This document shows, piece after piece, positions 59,689 to 64,000 of a stretch of DNA of 64,000 bases. Source of the stretch: a virus; the IMG/VR virus record IMGVR_UViG_3300025141_000062, positions 1 through 64,000 of that record. One strand, given 5' to 3'. The notes beneath the pieces are model-generated. The model made no database searches. It saw only the letters and a list, made by a program, of their open reading frames with translations, and was not told the origin of the DNA. The position numbers and the translations under genes are program-made. Numbering within the stretch: the stretch's first letter is position 1; the number at the start of each line of letters is the position of its first letter.

Positions 59689-60900
59689 GTGGCTATATGC
59701 ATTAATAAAAATCTAATTGGCAGTGAAAGTCATCTTGTCTATGATGGAAGTACATTTTCATGGAAGAGCTTGATTCCTAAAGACTCATGGCTTTGTGGAT
59801 TTTCTGAGCGACACGTAAGAAGCATAGACATAATCTCAGAGGCTCTCGGCGATAAAATTCAAACTTCACCCGGTGAAAATTATGAGAAAGCATGGAGCAC
59901 AGTTAGGCCCGATGGGCTTACAAACATTCCGCTTTCAAAAGCTCTTCAGCGTGATGTATTCCAAGCTTATATAGAGCGCCTTGTGGACCAATCCTGGAAT
60001 CTTCTTGCAAGTTGTCAAGGTAAATATCATACTAAAGAGTTCCTGACAATACGCAGCTTTCTGCTAGGTTTGGGCCAATGCAAAATTGATATAAAGTCAC
60101 TATATAAAGTTCTAGACAGTGAATCTGAAAATGGATCGTCTCTAAGATCATTTATACCTGATTCAAGTGGATTTATTCCCAAGGTGATGTACAGCCAGAT
60201 TTCGTCATGTAGCGGCAGGCTAACAGTTAAAAGTGGCCCTTCAATCTTGACCCTAAGAAAAGATAGAAGAAAATTTTTTAGATCTGCTAAACACAATGGA
60301 AATATAGTTCAAGTAGACTTTGTATCACTAGAACCAAGGGTTGCTCTATCACTATCTAAAAACTATCCCAAGGGTGATGTGTATGAGAAGATTAGAAGAG
60401 ATGTTCTTGATTCAAGTGTGACAAGAGATGTTGCTAAGATTGCAACGATTGGATCACTGTACGGAATGTCTGCCAGCAGGATGTCAAGCGTGATATCTGT
60501 TGAAGACATATCTTTGTGCAAGACAATATTAAAAAAAATAAGAGAATATTTTAAGATACCAGATATTGAAAAATCACTTAAGAAGGAGTCAAAGATCTCT
60601 GGAAAAATTCTAAGCCACTATGGCAAAGAGATGAGTGTTGACCAAGAGCCGGGGCATATTTTAGTAAATAGGTTTATACAGTCAACATCATCTGATGCAG
60701 CAATTCTTGGATTTTCTCTATTTAGAGAGATGATATCTAAAGCCGAAATAGATGCATCACCCGTGTTCGTAATTCACGATGCACTTATTCTTGATGTCTG
60801 CGGAGAAGATGTTGAAAAGCTTAAGTTGCTTACCAGCGAATTCTCAGCACTTCCTGGTCTTGAAGGGTCTTTTCCTCTTTCATTTGAGATTATCTCATAA
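59689..60900 (+). CDS. minimal family-A DNA polymerase-like protein (polymerase domain only)
   Basis: SGRL, motif A VDFVSLEPRV, motif B RDVAKIATIGSLYGM, NRFIQSTSSD, motif C VIHDALILD. Confidence 0.8.
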   Translation: MAICINKNLIGSESHLVYDGSTFSWKSLIPKDSWLCGFSERHVRSIDIISEALGDKIQTSPGENYEKAWSTVRPDGLTNIPLSKALQRDVFQAYIERLVDQSWNLLASCQGKYHTKEFLTIRSFLLGLGQCKIDIKSLYKVLDSESENGSSLRSFIPDSSGFIPKVMYSQISSCSGRLTVKSGPSILTLRKDRRKFFRSAKHNGNIVQVDFVSLEPRVALSLSKNYPKGDVYEKIRRDVLDSSVTRDVAKIATIGSLYGMSASRMSSVISVEDISLCKTILKKIREYFKIPDIEKSLKKESKISGKILSHYGKEMSVDQEPGHILVNRFIQSTSSDAAILGFSLFREMISKAEIDASPVFVIHDALILDVCGEDVEKLKLLTSEFSALPGLEGSFPLSFEIIS

Positions 60901-60911
60901 GAAATTTAAAA

Positions 60912-60940
60912 ATGAACAAATACTAGAATTACATTAAAAT
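60912..60940 (+). promoter_or_regulatory. sigma70-like promoter
   Basis: ATGAAC-N17-TAAAAT, then AGGAG SD. Confidence 0.5.
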
Positions 60941-60958
60941 ATCCATAGGAGATTTAAA

Positions 60959-61540
60959 ATGAACATAGAAGACATTGAAAGCAATTGGGCAATGTTTGAA
61001 AAATTATGCAAAAGGATATCTGATCAAAATATAAATCTAATGATAGATGCACTTGGTGAAAGACTTTCTGTTTCACCTGCCAGCACAAGAACAGATCAGT
61101 ACAATGCACATCCAGGTGGGCTTGTTAAACATAGCCTTGACGTAACTTCAAATTTAAGAAGCATGAATGACGCACACAATCTAAACTTACCTATAAGATC
61201 GATAATTCTAGTAGGCCTGCTTCATGACATCGGAAAAGTGGGTGATTTAAACAGTGACCACTTTATCCCTCAGGATTCTGACTGGCACAGGGAGAAGCTC
61301 GGACAGATGTTTAAGTATAATGAGAATTTAAACAAGATGTCAGTATCTCATAGATCTCTATTTTTACTTCAAAGCTTTCATGTAAAGCTTACACAGGATG
61401 AGTGGATTGCTATACAGCTAGCTTCTGGACCTCACTTTGAGGAAAATAGATTCTATGTTGGGCATGAGCCCACACTTGCACTAGCCCTCCAGCAAGCTAA
61501 GTCATTGACAGTTCATCAATTTAAGAACAGTAATAGCTAG
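60959..61540 (+). CDS. HD-domain phosphohydrolase (YhaM-like HD domain)
   Basis: PAS...HPGGLVKHS, LLHDIGK, HRS. Confidence 0.8.
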   Translation: MNIEDIESNWAMFEKLCKRISDQNINLMIDALGERLSVSPASTRTDQYNAHPGGLVKHSLDVTSNLRSMNDAHNLNLPIRSIILVGLLHDIGKVGDLNSDHFIPQDSDWHREKLGQMFKYNENLNKMSVSHRSLFLLQSFHVKLTQDEWIAIQLASGPHFEENRFYVGHEPTLALALQQAKSLTVHQFKNSNS

Positions 61541-61561
61541 TTGATCTAGATATTTATCTAT

Positions 61562-62269
61562 GTGAAAGATAAAGGCGAAAGCAAAACAGGTCTTGGATCT
61601 GGTAGTGGAATTAAGGTTCCAATGGGGCCTGCATTTACTGCATCTGATAGGTCGCAATATCTTGGGAGGCCAAGAAGACCAAGAATGAGCGGCGAGCTTG
61701 GGAGCCCAAGTCAGTCTGCAGATTCTGGATTTTCTTCAAGACTTGCCGGAGTAAACAAGGGATATGAGCTGGATATTGAAATGCCGCCAATGTTTCCAGA
61801 CCAGGACGAAGACGTCGAGGAAGAAGAGGAAGGCGCTCCTATCATCATTATGCCCATATCAGAGTCGAGGTTTCGCCTTCTTGAGAATAGATATAATAGG
61901 ATAATGAGGAATTTAGGAATGTCACATTCAACTTTAAGAGTATTTATCAAAGAGATGATTGCAGAGGCAAAGGAAGACGAAGAAGCACTAAGAGATTATG
62001 GCGATGGATTTCTAAGATATGCTCCAGATCAATACGGATCACCGACAGGCCAGGACTATGTAGGCTCAGAGGAAGAAGAGGAAGAAGCAGATGAGCTTAG
62101 GGATAGATATTCTGTTTCATATAAAGGTGATATGGGATACAGGTCATATCACACGAGGCCAGAAGATGTCAGAGAGTCTGCACTAAGAAGAATTATTAGA
62201 AGGGAAGCAAAAGAAATGCTTTCTAGTGAAGAAGACACAAAAAAAAAGATAAGAAAAAGAAGTCATTAA
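61562..62269 (+). CDS. hypothetical protein, probable internal head protein, likely extended to 62457 by a -1 shift
   Basis: Contains LRVFIKEMI and LRRIIRRE helices, ATATTTA upstream, ends just after A_AAA_AAG. Confidence 0.55.
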   Translation: MKDKGESKTGLGSGSGIKVPMGPAFTASDRSQYLGRPRRPRMSGELGSPSQSADSGFSSRLAGVNKGYELDIEMPPMFPDQDEDVEEEEEGAPIIIMPISESRFRLLENRYNRIMRNLGMSHSTLRVFIKEMIAEAKEDEEALRDYGDGFLRYAPDQYGSPTGQDYVGSEEEEEEADELRDRYSVSYKGDMGYRSYHTRPEDVRESALRRIIRREAKEMLSSEEDTKKKIRKRSH

Positions 62270-62460
62270 GCAAGGATGAAGCTAGCGGAGCAGCAGCAGC
62301 TGGAGGCGGTCCAGCCACACCGCTTGGAACCGGACCTGACGGTGGAAAAGGTCGAGATAGCGGTGCAAGAGAAAGATCAATTTATGCTAATGAGAGAGGG
62401 TATGGTGGTGGAAAGAGGTCTACCGACTGGATGGTATACCCAATAAAAGGTTATTAACCG

Positions 62461-62489
62461 TTGAACATTTGATAATTTAATCGTATTAT
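62461..62489 (+). promoter_or_regulatory. sigma70-like promoter of ssb
   Basis: TTGAAC-N17-TATTAT. Confidence 0.6.
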
Positions 62490-62494
62490 ATAAC

Positions 62495-62516
62495 TTATGA
62501 TCACGTGTGATCATAA
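62495..62516. repeat. perfect 10-bp inverted repeat
   Basis: TTATGATCAC-GT-GTGATCATAA. Confidence 0.85.
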
Positions 62517-62560
62517 TACAATATTGCCAATTTAACAATTTGATAATCTAGGAGGTTATT

Positions 62561-63334
62561 ATGGCATTTGACAGAGAGGCATTACAGCGTAGACTTGACG
62601 CTTTAAGCGGAAATAGAAGAAAGAAGTCTTCAACATGGAGGCCAACCGAAGGCGAAGAGGCTACTGTTAGACTTCTTTCGTTTCCAAACAATGATGGTCA
62701 GCCATTTAAGGAGCTGTGGTTTTATTATAACATTGGAAACAACCCTGGCCTTCTTGCACCATATCAGTTTGGCGATCCCGATCCAATTCAAGATCTAATC
62801 AAGAAGCTTAGATCTGATGACAATCGAGATTCCTATGAGCTTGCGAAGAAGCTTTATCCAAAGATGAGAGTATATGCACCAATTATCGTAAGAGGTGAAG
62901 AGGATAAGGGAGTACAGATCTGGGGCTTTGGCAAGATGGTCTATCAGTCGCTTTTGAATATCATGCTTGATGAAGATTACGGTGATATCACTGATCCGTC
63001 TTCTGGCCGTGACGTAAAAGTCACTTGCACAAGAGAGGCGGGAAGAAAGTGGGCAACGACTACTGTTCGACCAAGAGGTAAGGATTCTGCACTGTCTACA
63101 AAGGCAGACCAGGGCTCTGGGTGGATGTCAAACATACCAGACCCAACCCAGATGTATGAATGCAAGTCTCATGATGAGCTTACAAAAATTATCAATGACT
63201 GGCTAAATTCTGATCTTGATTCAGAAGATGATGAAGGAACTTCAATGGGAGGAAATCCCAAGGCGTCAACGACACCTACTGATGGATCTGGATACAAATC
63301 TCTTGATGATGCATTTGCTGATTTGATGGATTGA
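62561..63334 (+). CDS. single-stranded DNA-binding protein (T4 gp32-like)
   Basis: VRLLSFP, VQIWGFGKMVYQ, DITDPSSGRDV, acidic amphipathic tail SLDDAFADLMD; AGGAGG SD. Confidence 0.85.
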   Translation: MAFDREALQRRLDALSGNRRKKSSTWRPTEGEEATVRLLSFPNNDGQPFKELWFYYNIGNNPGLLAPYQFGDPDPIQDLIKKLRSDDNRDSYELAKKLYPKMRVYAPIIVRGEEDKGVQIWGFGKMVYQSLLNIMLDEDYGDITDPSSGRDVKVTCTREAGRKWATTTVRPRGKDSALSTKADQGSGWMSNIPDPTQMYECKSHDELTKIINDWLNSDLDSEDDEGTSMGGNPKASTTPTDGSGYKSLDDAFADLMD

Positions 63335-63341
63335 AACTGTG

Positions 63342-63372
63342 GTTGCGGGGCATTGCCCCGCAACTCTATTTT
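63342..63372 (+). terminator. GC-rich hairpin between ssb and recA (terminator/attenuator)
   Basis: GTTGCGGGGC-ATT-GCCCCGCAAC followed by TCTATTTT. Confidence 0.65.
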
Positions 63373-63395
63373 CGATATTATACCTGGAGTGTAAA

Positions 63396-64000
63396 TTGCC
63401 AAAAACAAATGACTTTACTAGTGAGCTAATTAAATCTCTTAATAAAGAGCATGGAAGCCGTGTAGCATATAATTTAAGCCAAGACGAATCTCCTACTCAT
63501 GTTAATCGGTGGATTAGTACTGGATCAAAGCTTCTTGACTATATCTGTTCAAACAGGCGAGACGGAGGTCTTCCAGAGGGTAGAATTGTAGAGGTATTCG
63601 GGCCACCATCAATTGGAAAGTCTCACATTGCAACACAGATTGCAAGGACAACCCAGCAGATGGGAGGAATTGTTGTGTATATTGACACAGAGAATGCTAC
63701 ATCTGTTGAGAATCTAAAGATGCTTGGTGTAGATGTCGCTAGGCGTTTTGTATATGTCGATACACATTGTACGGAGGAAGTTCTTTCAATTGCTGAAGCG
63801 ACAATTATGAAAGCAAAGGCTATGGACAAAAATATTCCTGTGACAATTGTATGGGACTCTGTGGCTGCTTCCTCTCCAAAGGCAGAGCTTCTCGGTGATT
63901 ACGACAAGGAGTCAATAGGCCTTCAAGCCAGAGCAATTTCAAAGGGAATGAGAAAGATTACAGGCGTAATTGCAAATCAAAATGTCCTATTTGTAATTCT
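63396..64000 (+). CDS. recA: RecA/UvsX-family recombinase, truncated by the window end (not in the ORF track)
   Basis: TTG start after GGAG. Manual translation gives WISTGSKLLD...GGLPEGRIVEVFGPPSIGKS (Walker A), VYIDTENA, IVWDSVAA (Walker B), IGLQARAISKGMRK. Confidence 0.92.
   Translation, partial: MPKTNDFTSELIKSLNKEHGSRVAYNLSQDESPTHVNRWISTGSKLLDYICSNRRDGGLPEGRIVEVFGPPSIGKSHIATQIARTTQQMGGIVVYIDTENATSVENLKMLGVDVARRFVYVDTHCTEEVLSIAEATIMKAKAMDKNIPVTIVWDSVAASSPKAELLGDYDKESIGLQARAISKGMRKITGVIANQNVLFVI

Noticed and set aside
62276-62446. Independent small ORF starting ATG AAG CTA GCG in the gap after 61562..62269
   Set aside because: No properly spaced SD. The alternative frame (EASGAAAAGGGPATPLG...) links to the slippery site and fills the gap exactly, so it is the better explanation.
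315-63829. Numerous minus-strand ORFs and short nested plus-strand ORFs in the track (e.g. 52659..53234, 26106..26609, 43925..44359)
   Set aside because: They lie within long, motif-bearing plus-strand genes, lack SDs or recognisable motifs, and look like antisense or off-frame shadows.
1-64000. Stop-codon reassignment, tRNA genes, CRISPR arrays, IS elements
   Set aside because: Genes are full length in the standard code, with TAA, TAG and TGA all used as stops. No cloverleaf, repeat-spacer array or transposase was seen.

Overview
This window is a 64-kb, AT-rich, gene-dense segment of a large T4-related (jumbo-type) myovirus genome. All credible genes are on the + strand and use the standard genetic code. 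In order it contains: (1) putative baseplate/appendage genes (1-17.4 kb), including a 1627-aa protein with an N-terminal Hint domain; (2) a replication/recombination islet (RuvC-like resolvase, primase, fused Mre11-Rad50/gp47-gp46); (3) the head module (TerL, portal, gp21 protease, small head-associated proteins, scaffold, gp23-type major capsid protein); (4) a sulfotransferase, a small gene with a structured leader and a tubulin/FtsZ-family GTPase; (5) neck and tail genes (gp13/14/15-like, two tandem sheaths, tube, gp26-like chaperone with a frameshift extension, tape measure, baseplate); (6) a minimal family-A polymerase, an HD protein, a gp32-like SSB and RecA/UvsX, the last cut by the window end and missing from the ORF track. 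The best candidate for an undescribed system is a [ST]-[GAS]-S tripeptide that is dense in predicted exterior virion proteins and nearly absent from enzymes and internal proteins. With a sulfotransferase next to the capsid gene, this suggests a virion surface glycosylation/sulfation system (inference only). Other notable signals are a non-splicing Hint domain ending HN-Met, a pseudoknot-capable 5' leader RNA, two or three frameshift sites, an ATANTTA late-promoter motif and a shared LRxII(x)E helix in putative internal head proteins. All assignments come from motif recognition and gene order, with counts made by eye and no database searches run.
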